A stretch of 64,000 nt of DNA. Source: Phoronis australis (lineage: Eukaryota; Animalia; Phoronida). Position 1 is the first letter of the stretch; each line of letters begins with the position of its first letter. A program made the position numbers and the translations under genes. The notes under the pieces were generated by a model. That model did not search any database and was not told where the DNA came from. It was given only the letters and a program-made list of their open reading frames with translations. This document shows, piece by piece, positions 38,700 through 52,600 of the stretch. The stretch lies in the NCBI GenBank assembly GCA_002633005.1, contig NMRA01000239.1, positions 548,502-612,501 of the forward strand, given 5' to 3'.

Positions 38700-39530
38700 G
38701 TAGTTGCTGGACAGGGCACGTGACGTTGATGCGTACCGTGAAGTCTGCCAAGTAAAATCACAGAACCGCTAAGAGCGTGACAATATGGGAAATGAGTTCA
38801 AACCCATTTTCGATCAGGCGATTAGACTTGCAGAGAACATTGGCTGCAGTGTCTACAAACCACGCACACAGGCATGCGGTCATACATGTATACTCAAGCT
38901 GAAAATATAAAACTACAACAGTTTAAGACTACTTTCCACTAAATGTCGCAATTCGACCCATTTCTTGATAGCATCACCTCGCACTCACTGCTTCCAAGTT
39001 ACTATTTTGGTTAATGCAGTTCTTCATAAACGTGCATGACATGAGAGTGATTGGAAAGACCTGTTCGATCCACACCTACCAGTTTGACTTGCCATCTTCT
39101 GAACTCAGCAGTAGCTTACACGTTGGGAGACCAAATACTATAAGTTTGAAGTGGAAGACCCGCCTTCAGCTGCAGCGCAATCCCTTAAGCAGTGTGACGG
39201 AAATTACTGTCCAAACATTCGTGTGCACCTGAAAGTTGTAATCACTTCATGCAAATGTGAGAGTAATGCAAGTGCCATGCAACCGTCGATGGGTCAAAAG
39301 AGGCTGAGCACATGTTTTCCCTTGCGACGCAAATGAATTTGAGGTTTGGTCATGGCGTAGGTCTATCTAGTATCCACTCACCGTGACATGGCATGCAGAG
39401 TACACGGTGCGGATGTTTTCTCCTCTTTCCGATAATCGCACAATCACAATCTCGTTGCAGCTTTTGACCTAGAGTCTGCTCCGTGTAATATGCCAGTCGA
39501 ACTCCCCATTTACAAAGTTGGCTACGGGCC
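38700..39530 (+). pseudogene. Degraded hAT transposase (THAP12/ZMYM1-like) remnant
   Basis: Broken frames read DVDAYREVCQVK...EFKPIFDQAIRLAENIG.SV.KPR, ...PFLDSITS, YQFDLPSSEL, and LKQCDGNYCPNIRVHLKV.ITSCKCES..S...MGQKRLS (hAT C-terminal dimerisation domain). A TIR-like TGGCTACGGGCCT lies at ~39519-39531. Confidence 0.8.
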
Positions 39531-40636
39531 TCTCTGTGGCACTCCGCGGCATATCCACGACACCTAGCCTTTGAGCCTATTCATAGATTACGCCAGCCTA
39601 TTGACATGTCAAGCTTTATTAACGGATGTCGATTTCATTGAGTCCACTAACTACCAGAAATTGTTCCGCATGCACTCTTATGTGCAGTAACAAGATTACA
39701 TGGCCAGCCAAAACTTTTTCAAAGCCCGTTTGACGTGGGAAAACTACCCCACGCAATAGAGCTTTGGTGAAATATGAAGCAGGTTCATTGTTGTCCCACT
39801 TTCCTTGGCGTCACGGCGTTTAAACCTCGATCGTACATGTACTTCAAAGCGGAGTACGTCTGCAGTTTGTACATGTAGGTATCCATGGAAGTTTTCCACG
39901 TGCAGGGCTATAGACCTCATGCTCTGCTAAGTTTGTAAACCCGCAAGTGGTTTATTTGTCGGCATATTTTGACTTTTTACTGACATTCACTGGTGGACTG
40001 GAGTGAAAGTGCCTTCGGTTGTCAACGACGCGATGCTTCCGTAAGTTGTATCCGCTATCATTGACAAGTGTTCCATATACTTATTGTTAAATCCATATTG
40101 AACTCTGTTAAAGATAACAGCATTTAAAGTATTAGTAAAACGTTATGTAGGTGAATTATTTTCACTTTTTGTACCAGATATGATTACTGATATCCAGCTG
40201 ACAGTAAAGGCAGCTACATGTACTTGCTTACAATAGAAACATAGTACATTTTCTTCGTTCGTGTGCGTGTATGGTTGACCTGCATTGCAAGTCCACCAGT
40301 TGCATCGTAAAACCGCGTTTACTCTTCCGTCCCGGAGCCCAACCAATGATTGTAAGACACAGATGGTGGACTATCGTTGTGTTTACTTGTTCTCGAGCCT
40401 TGCTTAGCTGGAATTACAAACTTGCATGACTAGCCATTTATGGTAGAAAATCGTGATTAACGTTTGCCAAAATAGAAAAAAAATGCAATTCACAAAAACA
40501 TGCACGTAACAAATGTTTGCGCTGATTAATGAACAAACGTAAAGTCAAATTTGTTTTTCTACGGTTGAAGTTTAGTGCTAGTCTCATTTGGCGGGCCGAG
40601 ACTCTCATGATTAGAAATGCCGCAGAATTTGCTCAT

Positions 40637-43600
40637 TCAGTGTCCAAGGTCGAGTGCAATTGACATATTGGTGGAATTGTAGTGCTGGAGAAATATCTCG
40701 GGCATCGTCCCCAAGTTGAACAGAGGCATACCCCATGTCTGAACGGCTAACGTGACCACCGAGGCGCAAAGGATGTTAAGAGGTAATCCCGCAAGCATCT
40801 GAAAATAACATTTTAATATGTAATTCTCACACCGAGCTGGAAACGTATATTGCAAAAATTTTTCAGTCTGGCCAACACGTCATCTGTGGCCACACCCACG
40901 TGACCTATTATAAGCATGAAAAGATTTCTGTCCCAACCGGAACTCGAACCCGGGACCGCTAGTCCCGATGGCTCTGTGGACTACAGGGTCTACACGGTGA
41001 GCAAAAGGTACCAGGTTTGAGTCACGGTTGGAGCAGGCATCTTTTCAGACTTGTAAAAAATCATTTTGTTTTAAATCAATTGCTAACGGAGCACAAAGGA
41101 GAAGATTACAGCACAAACGTGTTGAAAATGTTAAGATCAGTTTGTACTTGCTGTACTTTGACAACTGACATTGGTTTTGTAGAGAACACGCCTGAAATTT
41201 AAGCTTCGTTAAATGAAACATTTAATGTGACTAGTCGAAGAGTGCCCGTCAGGTGGTATTGAGAGCCTTCCTTCAAAATCCAGTGATCTGCACCGAAAAA
41301 TCTATTGTCCAGTACTCATATAGAAGGAAGAGGTGGTATGATTTTGAGATTAACTTATTTGCCTTAAAACCACAACAGCCGTGTTCTTCAGCATTTAATA
41401 GAACAGAGGCCACGTTTGTTGCGTTTAGATGATACGGTGTATCGGAGAAATCAGTATGGTTCTGCAATATATGGCCGCCTTCATAGGGTGACAGTTATGT
41501 CCGGATCACGTGCTGGTTACAACGCTAGGATTTTCGCTACCACTTTTGCCAACTGCAGAAACACTATTATTGTGGACGGTCGCAAGCACAGACATAATTA
41601 TCAGCCACATGACGTCATACTATAAGGAGAACGGTGAAAAACTGCTATCGAATATGGTCGCACCCCCAGGCACTTTCGGAACAACTCAAATTGCGCCTAC
41701 CTTGGAAGTAACGTACTCACACACATTACCTGCGACTGCCACACCTTCACTAGTTACATTTGTTAACATCGGAACCAAATCTACTATTAGAACCTCCAAT
41801 TTTTAATTCAATCCCAAACATTCATCCTCAGTACGTCCTCGTCAACTCATGTGTCCGGAAGTACACTCAATGCCCATGGTCTGTAGGCCGTTCAAACGCC
41901 ACAAGAAAGCTTGCATCAACTAAAAACAGCAACATTAGTGCCAGAGTACTATTAGAATATGCTGATTGGATAAACGGAAAATAAGTCAACTTTGCTTGGT
42001 GGCATTCGAACTTTATTCCGACCGTGCAGTGAAGCACATGGAAGTAATCTTATTATTGTATAGCCTACTTAGTTGTATAGCGAGCTCCCCAAGATCGGTA
42101 ATTATCGCCACGAGCCTCCACTTCCACTGATGTTGCTGTTTTTAGCTGGTGTAAGCGTTCTAGTGACGTTTGAGTGTCCTAAAGAGTATTGGCATTTAGT
42201 GTACTTCCGGCCACATCAGTTGGCGAGGACATACATGTATTAACGGTGAATATTTGCGATTGCATTAAGAAAAGCTGTAAGAACCGGATATTTTTGGTGC
42301 TGATGTCAATAAATGTAACTAGTGAACGTGTGGCAGTCGCAGATATTGTGTGTGAGTACAGTTGTTCAATTTTCCCTTTATTGTAGTATCGTATCAAGCC
42401 GGGCTGTCAAGAGTGGCTGTGGTAGCAAGGGTCACTTTTCTGGCACTTTGCTGGAGGTTTGAGTTACTCCAAGACTACTGGCGTTTTTACTAGCGCTTAC
42501 AGTGCATTTTGTAGCCAGCCCGCTTATTTTAAAGGACACATATGCGCAGGGGTATATGGCCTTTTTTCCGACATCACATCAATCAATTCATTGAACGCGT
42601 TTGAAATCAATTTTCGTTTAAAAGCGACTCGAGTGTTTAAAAAGAACGACACTGCGGGCAAAAATGACATCTTCACGGACTCCTTTTCTGTCTGACTAAC
42701 ACGCTAACGTTCATTTTATCCAGTCAAACAACGCTTTCGCCATTCATGCGAACCTGTTATTATACGAAGATCCAATGCCTTCCCAAAACGTATCGCTAGA
42801 CCACTTACCATGTCTAACACTTTCAGATGCCCAAACCCAAAAACGATGGCATTTGGCGGAGTAGCGGCTGGCAACATGAAGGCAAACGACGCCGCCAGAC
42901 AGGCCGGAAGCATCAGATAAAGCGGATTTACACCAATCTTCAGTGCCTGTTTGAACAGTAGTGTCATCTTAAGTAAGTTCATAACAATTCCTGGAAAGCA
43001 AGTGACGACGCATGCATATACGACACGGATCAGTACCAATTGCCAAATTACCATGTGGACACTCTTATTCATATTAACTCTAGTGTGAAGAAGTCGCGGA
43101 ACTAAACTACACGAAATACATGTAGTTTGCTAGACTTTTGAACCACGACCACCTGCAACCCTGACCAGCAAGGTTGACGTATCCGTTTCGGACATAACTA
43201 AACAAGGTCTTTCCTTCGGCGCATTACGATTCTCCTTTTGTTAGCAACTCATTATACATGTCAGAAAAGGTTTTTTCTTAACAGTAACATTTTCATTGCT
43301 TAGAGATCAAGAAAGATGTGCACGTGCTTTACCATGTCTCCGATTATGGGTAATAACAAAGTCGATGTTGCTGTATTTGACGTCACTTCCGTTGCAGTTG
43401 CCGTCAACAAGGTCACAAGAATGACAATTACCCAGGGTGGGAGAACGCCAAGTGCCGAAAGTTGACTACCAATTTTCGAGGACAGCCCAGATCTCTTGAA
43501 ATCCAATGTAAATTAAGATTTGTAAAACATGTTATCGGTGCAGTATAAGTCGATACAGTTAATTGATTCATGTTTTAGTCAGCAAAGATCAAATGAAAAG

Positions 43601-46600
43601 GTTGTCAATAGTTATTTACAAGAAGACAGTGGTGGTAGTCGAAATTCAAAACATTAGCTTCACAAATTTCAAGTCATCAACTTCCAGAACTTTCGGCCGA
43701 CAACTTATTTAAGACGTACAACTGGAAATTGAAATCTTCTTCAACTTCAAAGTGTCTACGCAAAAAATGTACAGGTGTCATAGCTCAAATTAAAAGATAG
43801 AAAAGTTGACTCTACATGTATACTGCGCAATCTGTTGTCCAATAAAGATGCACCAGCAAGACGCTAAAGGTTAGTTTAAAGTACTAACCTGGCAGGCCTC
43901 GGCTAGGGCTAAACCTCCGCCAATTAGAAGTAGGACACCCCACGGTAAGCCGTGGACAGCGGTCTCCCAGTCTATCAAAGCAGGGCGCTCTGTAAAATGC
44001 CAGATTCGACATCATTAATAACAGGCGAATATTGCAATAAAGATTATCACTTTAAAATTCAAAACGCATAGCACCATGACGCTAGCCTCACTCAACGTGG
44101 CAGCTTTTGCACGCCTGAATTCCATCGCAACCGTGCCTCCACTGCAAAGCTTACCCCCTTACGTTGGTGCCCTGGAGCGTGGGCGGCGCTCTCTTACCAG
44201 AGCCAGCCGTGAATCGCTAGGTGGCTAGAAATTTGAAGCGCCAGTAGGGTTTTTAAACGAGTACCTTTCAGCGTGTCGAAATGTGTTTAATCTACGCTTA
44301 CTTTTGCTTAATCTATGCCATCCATAGCGTTTTAGTTGAAAAAAGTTTGCTGATTGACCAAACGAGTGTTCGTCATGCGATCGAAAAACCTCCTTCCGTG
44401 TATTATTTAGCGGATGTAATCGCATAATAAATCATTTATAGACTTTAACTCTCGGCCGACACGTTGGTTTTCAGACACCAAAATGTGATAACGATCTTGT
44501 CTCCTTCTCAGCCATTTTGGGCTTTGAAAACCAACATGCTGACATCGATGAAATTTTTGAGTATCTCTGTGTGTACAGTTACATGTACATGCATGGGTTC
44601 CGGGTGCGGATAGACAATTCGACAGAACTTACTTTCGCAGCGTTTTCCTCCCAAGAATGGTGGTCTGTTGGCTGGGATGACAAACAGAGCACATCCAACT
44701 AAAATCGAGCTTGTGGCGTCGGAAACGAACCTAGACGGAGAAAAATATGTGTATAATATTGTAACAAAACCTGTTCTATGCTGCAGTAACTACCTTCACG
44801 ATTACGTGGACGGGGTTAGTTCTACATGCCCTTATACTTTCCAAACATAAAACCTTTCTCCCTCACAATCCACACGGGTGTTATACATGTAAGTAATAGC
44901 GTCTTTTCACGAACATGCTGAACTGTGTTCAGGCATTATTTACAATTGAACCTTTTAAACGTACAGTCCCATGGTTTATTGTTAAAAAAACGGTTTTAGA
45001 AGTTTTTAAAGTGAAACGTGAAAATAATTTGAGCAGCGTTACTGGTGGCTCAAGCAGACACACGAGAGCTTGGAGTAAGCCTGTGTGTTTTTTTTGTAAT
45101 AGAGACGGGGAGTGACAGCGTCATACCTCTAGCGACTAGTATAAATTGGAGATAAAAATGGTGGTCACCCATACACTTGCACTTCAGACTATGAAATCCC
45201 AGCATGCATCAGTACATTTGTTCAAACCGGCAAAATTCAACAAAAAAGTTTTTAAAACCTCAAGTTCGTGTTATATCATCTGTAAAAATTAACGTTATGG
45301 CAATTTTTTTCAAAACAGAGCTTTACTATTAACTTTCCATTTCCAAATGTTCACCCAAAATCACAACGGGCTATTTTTCTGTCCGACGTACTATCTGTTC
45401 GAGATCATCTTAAAAGAACTCACGAGAGATTAACTTTCTTCGGCGAAAATGTGGTATGTGAAAAAAAAAACCTCGATTAGCAACAAATTGGCAATTTGTG
45501 AGAAAAGAACTACAGCTTGTAAGAAAAGAACTGCGCTACTGAGAAAACACGCTTTTATTGAGAACGCCCTTGAAAACCGTAGTGGAAGATGATGCTCTAT
45601 CCTGTACCATGCAGGTTTCATCTAACACACATGACGTACCATTGAATTCCTGTTATCAAATAATACTCAAGAATTGCTATTGATAACCTAAAATAACAAA
45701 ACATACTTCGGCTTAAAAATAGAACCCCATCCACTGACAAACTTAGGGTCTCTTGTCAACCAGAGTAGAACCAGAGCGAGCAAGCAGCCTAGTGCAGCGC
45801 CCTCTTCGAACCTGTGGGAACATTACAAGTCAGTGGTCAGTGAAGAAGATCGTCGTTGAAAATGACGTGTACATAAGAGAATAGTATGGAAGTCGCTCTG
45901 GGGAGACACAACTGCTTCACTGACATGAGTATCAACAAAACTGCATTTGAATAGTTTGGAAGACAGGTTTGCAGATTTGTCATTAAATTTGCAAATTTTC
46001 GCGCAGAGACCAAACATCGAAATTTCGAACTTTCAGTCTGTTAGCGTATTGAACCTGTGTTTAGTTGACAGTTTTCCATAGCACCTATAGTATACCTTTG
46101 AAACAGTTGAGTAGTGATCTGATCACTAACGCTCAGAGTTCTGTAAGTAGTTTAGGTGGTAGACTGCAGTTGCTGTAGTGAAAGGACCAATTTAACAAAC
46201 GGAACGATTCCTTACAGAAGTTACATACTTATCTTTACACGCGCGCACCCAGCTTAAAAAGTGTAGGCTCAAATTTTTGGGAATGTGTATCTTTTACTAC
46301 GATTCACGGGATACATTCGGAGTTATGAATTGTGAATTCGCCAAATTTTGGTAATTCCTGCCTTTTTAGCGGACTTTTGTCTCGTTTTCTAGTTTTTTCG
46401 GAGTTTTTGTTTCTCTGAGGCGGACCTTTTTGCCCGCTTGACCAAATGGTGGACTCCTGGGTGCGCGCATGTACGCGTAATACATACCACAACGGCAATA
46501 TAAATTGTGATCAAAAGCACAGCAATGATAAATTCCTTGCTTCAATGGTTTGCCACGTTCCCAATTCCAAAAATCTACAAAAATGCCCACGAATCTGCAC

Positions 46601-49600
46601 TGGTCAATGCTTCACATCAGCGCATATGTTTTCTTAACGATTCCATGTACATGTACATGTACTACCGTCCTGGCGGTCAAAAAACCTTGACTGACGCCTC
46701 GGCGTGCTGAGAAGCCAGTACCACGGAGTCAAGGCGTTTCGCAGTTTTTCCAAGTCTGGGGACCTCCAAGATAAGAAACCCAAACATACCTCCACGGTCC
46801 CAACGAATCATAATGTTTTTTCACTATAGCCTTCACACTCTGGTCCTGTTTACGATTTTTTCTGGAGCAGGGTATGTCGCTGAAACAAAACCGATTACAA
46901 GAGTAATCAACTAGTGAATACATCTGACGGACACAAATATCGCTCTTAAGATAAATGTAATCTGGGATTGACATAACCACGTTGAATTGTTATCAGCATT
47001 AAAGTTTCCGTGACGCTGTCGTGAGACCTAATCGTAATGTCAGAAATTGACTGTGTTGGTTGAAAAGGTAGTAATGTTTTGAGATTGTGTGTAGATGGAG
47101 AGAGAATGATTAAATCCAGTAATTAATTTATTATATGATAATCACTAATTAAAACAAGTGAAACCTGTTGTTAATTAAGTAGACTAACAACCATGTGTAA
47201 GTAATCAAACGTCTTATTTGCTATCCAAACTGTCGGAGGTAATTCTGAATTTTTAGCCGCCAGTTATTGATAAAAATCGACTTGCCTAGAATTTCAATTT
47301 TTTTAAAACCTCTGAAAGAGAACTACAAGCCAAATTCTCACTCGGTCGTGCAGACACCCAGGAACCATATCTGTAACCAGCACCAAGCCAGTACGAGCGC
47401 CAACGCTGACGTGGGCAGTCCGAATGCCATCCATGAGCCAAAACTGACACCAGATTCTGAACCATATGCTTCGAATAACCTTTTAGGAAGAAGCAAACAC
47501 TGATTGTAAGTTTGATTGATAGTTTTAATTTCTTGAGACGAATGTGTATGAATAACTAACATTTTTTCACGCACAACGTCACGTTCTGGACACGAAAAGT
47601 GAAGCATCTCTTGTACTAATTTTCAACGCAATGAAATTGAATTTAAAAGATATCGGCGAATTACTCACAAATCAGCTTGTGCCTTTAACACGAGGTTCGG
47701 TGCAGTGCCAGTCAGAGACGCTATACCTCCTATCGATGCTGAGTAACAAACACACAAACTCATAGCTTTACACATTTTCTTGTGGCGCGCTTTGCCCTTT
47801 TCACTTTGAGATCTGGACAACACCCCTTTCGTTCTATGAATTAAGAATGCATACTACTGTGTCAAGAATAACATGAAATGTTAAAAATGTATTGCGTTTG
47901 TGTAAAATTCCACAAATATGGGAGTTGGTGACAATCAAATTATACGCTGGCGGCTTTAAACACCAATCGATAAATGGTATTTTTAACGCATTAACAGTTT
48001 AACTAGTAAAGTCACCTGCCTCGATTTCATTTAATGTGTGGCAGACAACGATGAGAATTGGAGATATCTAATAAAATCATGAAAAGTCATTGGACTTTAT
48101 TGCTTTATTGCTATCAGAATTAATAACTTCAAAACGCTTGCATCATCCAACAATAACCCCCCAAATGCATTTTTTGTAGTAAAACCCATAGTATCCCTTT
48201 AAGTCAACCTATGGGTAAAACAAAGTTCAAATGACAGTAATATCAGTTCTTTGAGATTTGTCTAGTCACTAAAAGTACCATTTATGGGTCATTCACATGC
48301 ACGATAAAAATAACAAACCTGTTTTCGTATTTACACGTGACAGATCAAAGTTATATGACCCACGTTTATGATTTTAAAAGGANGTTTACATGCAGACAGC
48401 CACGCATGCGCAATTCAATCACCACTAGTACAGCAGCGACACCGCGAGGAGAATTCTCCGAATAGCCCCATTGGAGATATCTAATAAAATCATGAAAAGT
48501 CATTGGACTTTATTGCTTTATTGCTATCAGAATTAATAACTTCAAAACGCTTGCATCATCCAACAATAACCCCCCAAATGCATTTTTGTAGTAAAACCCA
48601 TAGTATCCCTTTAAGTCAACCTATGGGTAAAACAAAGTTCAAATGACAGTAATATCAGTTCTTTGAGATTTGTCTAGTCACTAAAAGTACCATTTATGGG
48701 TCATTCACATGCACGATAAAAATAACAAACCTGTTTTCGTATTTACACGTGACAGATCAAAGTTATATGACCCACGTTTATGATTTTAAAAGGATCGTCA
48801 ATGGAGAAAGAGAGGGCGAAAGAGATAAGACGCACTTTCCAAACGTGAGCATCGTTGATGCATAGTTTATGATCAAGTAAACAAACATTGTACGTTTAGT
48901 AGGTTTTGTTTATGCTTAAACTGTCCAAGTGTACCTCGGCTTGAACAGCTAAAAAGCACTGGGGAATTAACCCGAACGAGATCAGATGACCTATGCTAAC
49001 AAATTCAATAAATACAATCAAGTCCAGGGGCGGATCCAGGAGTTTGAGTTAGGGGGGCCAGGGCACGGGAATAACCTGAATTTCGACAGATGCGCGCGCC
49101 TAGCTTAAGATGTGGGGACGCAGAGGCCTCGAATGTTTGGGGTTGCGGACCTGTTGACTAAAGAAAAAAACGGTAAACGGAATTTGTTCAGTTTGTTCAG
49201 GGCCTATGCATTGTTTATTCATCACCGACGAGCCCCTGCTTGCGCGCACCTGAACTCCGAAATGGTATCTGTTAGAATTTTAGAGGGGGGCATGGCCCCC
49301 TTGGCACCCCCCTAAATCCGCCCCTGAAGTCAAAGGTCACGTGATATGTCGAGAAATTACGTCGTCAGGAATGTTTTATGTCATCTGTGCTAACGACCAT
49401 CGACTTACATGTAATTACGGACTGAAGAAAGCAGCAATTGTTTTCTCTGGCAGGATAACGAAGTACTTCTATAATAACCAAAGGTTCATACCCGGGTGCG
49501 ACACTTGCCACGCATGTACTGTACAGGTACTTCGGAAAAAAGTTCAGAATAACGGCCAAAGTTTGTAACAATCGTATTGCCTGCTCCTTTAAAGGAATAA

Positions 49601-52600
49601 CTTACACAACTTCGACGAAGTTAGACAAAATCTGACGAAATTTCGTCAAAATATACCAGATCCTGTGTTCTTTTTCCAGAATCCTAATAATGTCTAAACT
49701 TAATACTAAAGCTTTTTTAGTTCTAAAAACTCACTCGCTTCCGTCTTCTATAAAGTCTTGCAGATGTAGATTTTCTGAAATGATATAAACATTAGACAAC
49801 GGCACAAAACAAAATAAGCAAATAACCGAGGAAATGGAAGGAGAATTTTACGAAAACTGTACGTACTGTAGTAAACAGTTAGAATTCGAACAGTTTGCCA
49901 CAAAGCCGTAAACCAGTCGTTGTTGCACGACACGTATTACATTGTGCAATGACGTCATACAAAACATACGGGAGGCAAAAGTGTAGATATTACAAGTGAT
50001 TGAATTCAGATTTGAATTTATTCAGGACGGAACTTCTCGTTTTCTATTCTTTCGTAATCCCAACACGATGACATAATTTCCGTCCTGCAAAGTGCATCTG
50101 TTCGCAAAAATCGTGATTTTGATATCGGTGCGCTTTTGAGAAGGCAAACGTTTAAAGTCTCGTGCGGCGTTGTTTGAGCTAAAATGGCGCATAAAACAAA
50201 ACCGACGACTTCTTGTGTTCCTTATTTCATATGAAACAGGGGAGACATCAAAATAAAACGTAAAAAAATACATTCAACATAGTAACTTCTGTACAAACCA
50301 ACGATAATATTTGAGATGCTCAAAATCTGGTAAAGAAACGTTTACTATAAAGATAATCAACCCGGTTTTGACGTAGTAACAGAATCAAGAAAAACAAAGT
50401 AATGTATGTAATCCTCGACAACTCTCAAAAACTTGGAGGAAAATTTGAATACTCCTTTCAAAATCTGCTAAACGGCAAGCGTGACCTACGCTTTTAGTGG
50501 GAAAAGACCACCCACCAAGGACCCTAATTTCCGGTTTATGAGATAGGGAGAATGAGTTTTAGTTGATTCCTGGCTGTGATACATAAGCAGGCGGAAGAAC
50601 GAGGATTGGCTGGTATCATCAAAACAAGGTTTAGTATCCCTTTAAGCAGATGCATGAAGATCAGGAAAACAAGAAACATGCACACAGCCGTTAAAACAGC
50701 AAAATAATACCAGGCAACAATTCCGTTTTCAAAAGAATTTCAAGTAGACGACTCCTATCCTAAACCTTCGAGGACCACAGTATTTTGCAGATTTGTAGTA
50801 AATAAACATTAAAATACAAACTGTGAAAATTTCTACAAAATCAACCGTATATTAAACTTATAACTCTACGTTTAATGTCAAGTGAACAGTTGAGCTTAAA
50901 ATTTCATCATTAGTTGTCTTTCTTATGATATCAAGGGCCACTACTACAGTTTTGGGTTAGCTTGGATACTAAATCTTGGTTCACTGAATTAATGAGCCTA
51001 TTAACCACGTCTCGGTCAGTAAAAACAACATTCCATAACTTCTTTTACCCAAACAAGAGTTCGCACATGCTTGAAAACTACTTACGTTTATACTAAATCG
51101 GTAAGCGTTAGTATCGTTTGAACAAGTCAATCGATGACAGAAGTAAAGACCGACTCCTCTAACATATTGAGGTACATGCATTATCTTCAATCTGAATAAT
51201 GCAACAGTAGTCCACAAACTGGGTTTTCACTGAAATCAACCAAAAGTGGTTTAGCGTCTTTTTTCACCAGCGTCATATCCTTGTCTTCGTTGAATTACCT
51301 TAGTCCCTCACGCATGTCCAGCCCGAATGTCAGCATCCTTACACACACCTATCCGCTTTTTTAAAAAGATGTTGTCCTGGACTTTTTCTACTAGTTGAGT
51401 CAGTCTATAACTCAAATGTTGATCAGTCATTTCTTCTTTCTCCAAACTCGCAAGTTCTCTATCACAGAACTATTAAAACGCCAAGAACGTCAGACCAGGT
51501 ATATTTACTTACACAGAGGTTTTCATTCAAGGCTTTAAACTCTGAAATGTTCCATCCTCGTCATCACTATCAGCGCGATTTGACCTTCACGTAAGGGATG
51601 TGTCCGACTTAAGACGCGGTCTCTTTTTTCTGTATACACTGCCGAGTTACATTATAACCGACATGGCTTTCAACACAACATACATTGTAACTGCCGACTT
51701 CCCTACAAGTACCTACCTGATTGACACATCTTCTGCTCGTCTTCCTCTACATTCTTAAGTTGTTCCATCACCGACATGGCTATCGGCATCATCATACTCG
51801 TAGTAGCCGTGTTCGACATCCACATAGAGAAGAACCACGTGGGAAGCATGAAACCTAGCATCAACCTGCAACAGATCCCCGCCCGTTCGGTTACAAGAGA
51901 ATCAAGCAACATCTTAAGTAGCGAAAAAGGTCGTACTTGTTCGCATCAACTTGCAACGTTTATTGTAATCAGCTATGAAATCTTCAAAAAAAAAACCTTG
52001 GGGTGGCTTGTATGGAAGGACAATATAATCTCCCAGTGTCCTTTTACCAATCGATGTCCATAATCCTTGCACGATCCTGATTAGAGGATAGAAATTGATC
52101 TTCGAAGCGAGAAAGTGACATCACTTGTGGCAGTGTCAGTTCAGTGGTCCCTAGCTAGATGAGTTTACATACCAACAAGCACGAGTAAGATAAGGACAAA
52201 TGGTGCCCGGATACAAAAATAGTGCCAAGCAAATTGCTCACGACATAAAAAGAGCAAAAGAGCAAACAGCAGGGGTTGGTATAAGTTGTTACTGAGATAC
52301 ACGCTTGTTTGAGTTGACCTAAACTCGCTTCAGACGGCAACGAAAACGTTTGCTAAAGGCCGACACGGGGATCCCTGGATTCCAATATCAACGTACTACC
52401 AGTACCAATGATGCTTACTGAATTACCTAATTCTTTAAGAAAACGTTGATAAGTGAGACAAGGGGAGATAAATAGGTAATTTATACTCACCATCTAATCT
52501 TGCCACCCACTAGCATGATCATCCTTAATGCTACCCTGGTGTGCAGGTTAGACTTTTCTACGGCAACCGCAACTAGCAGACCTCCCATGAACAAGAACAT

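Noticed and set aside
48057-48794. Recent tandem duplication in an SLC13 intron
   Set aside because: It straddles a single-N join with near identity and different 5' flanks, so unmerged contigs or haplotypes are the best explanation.
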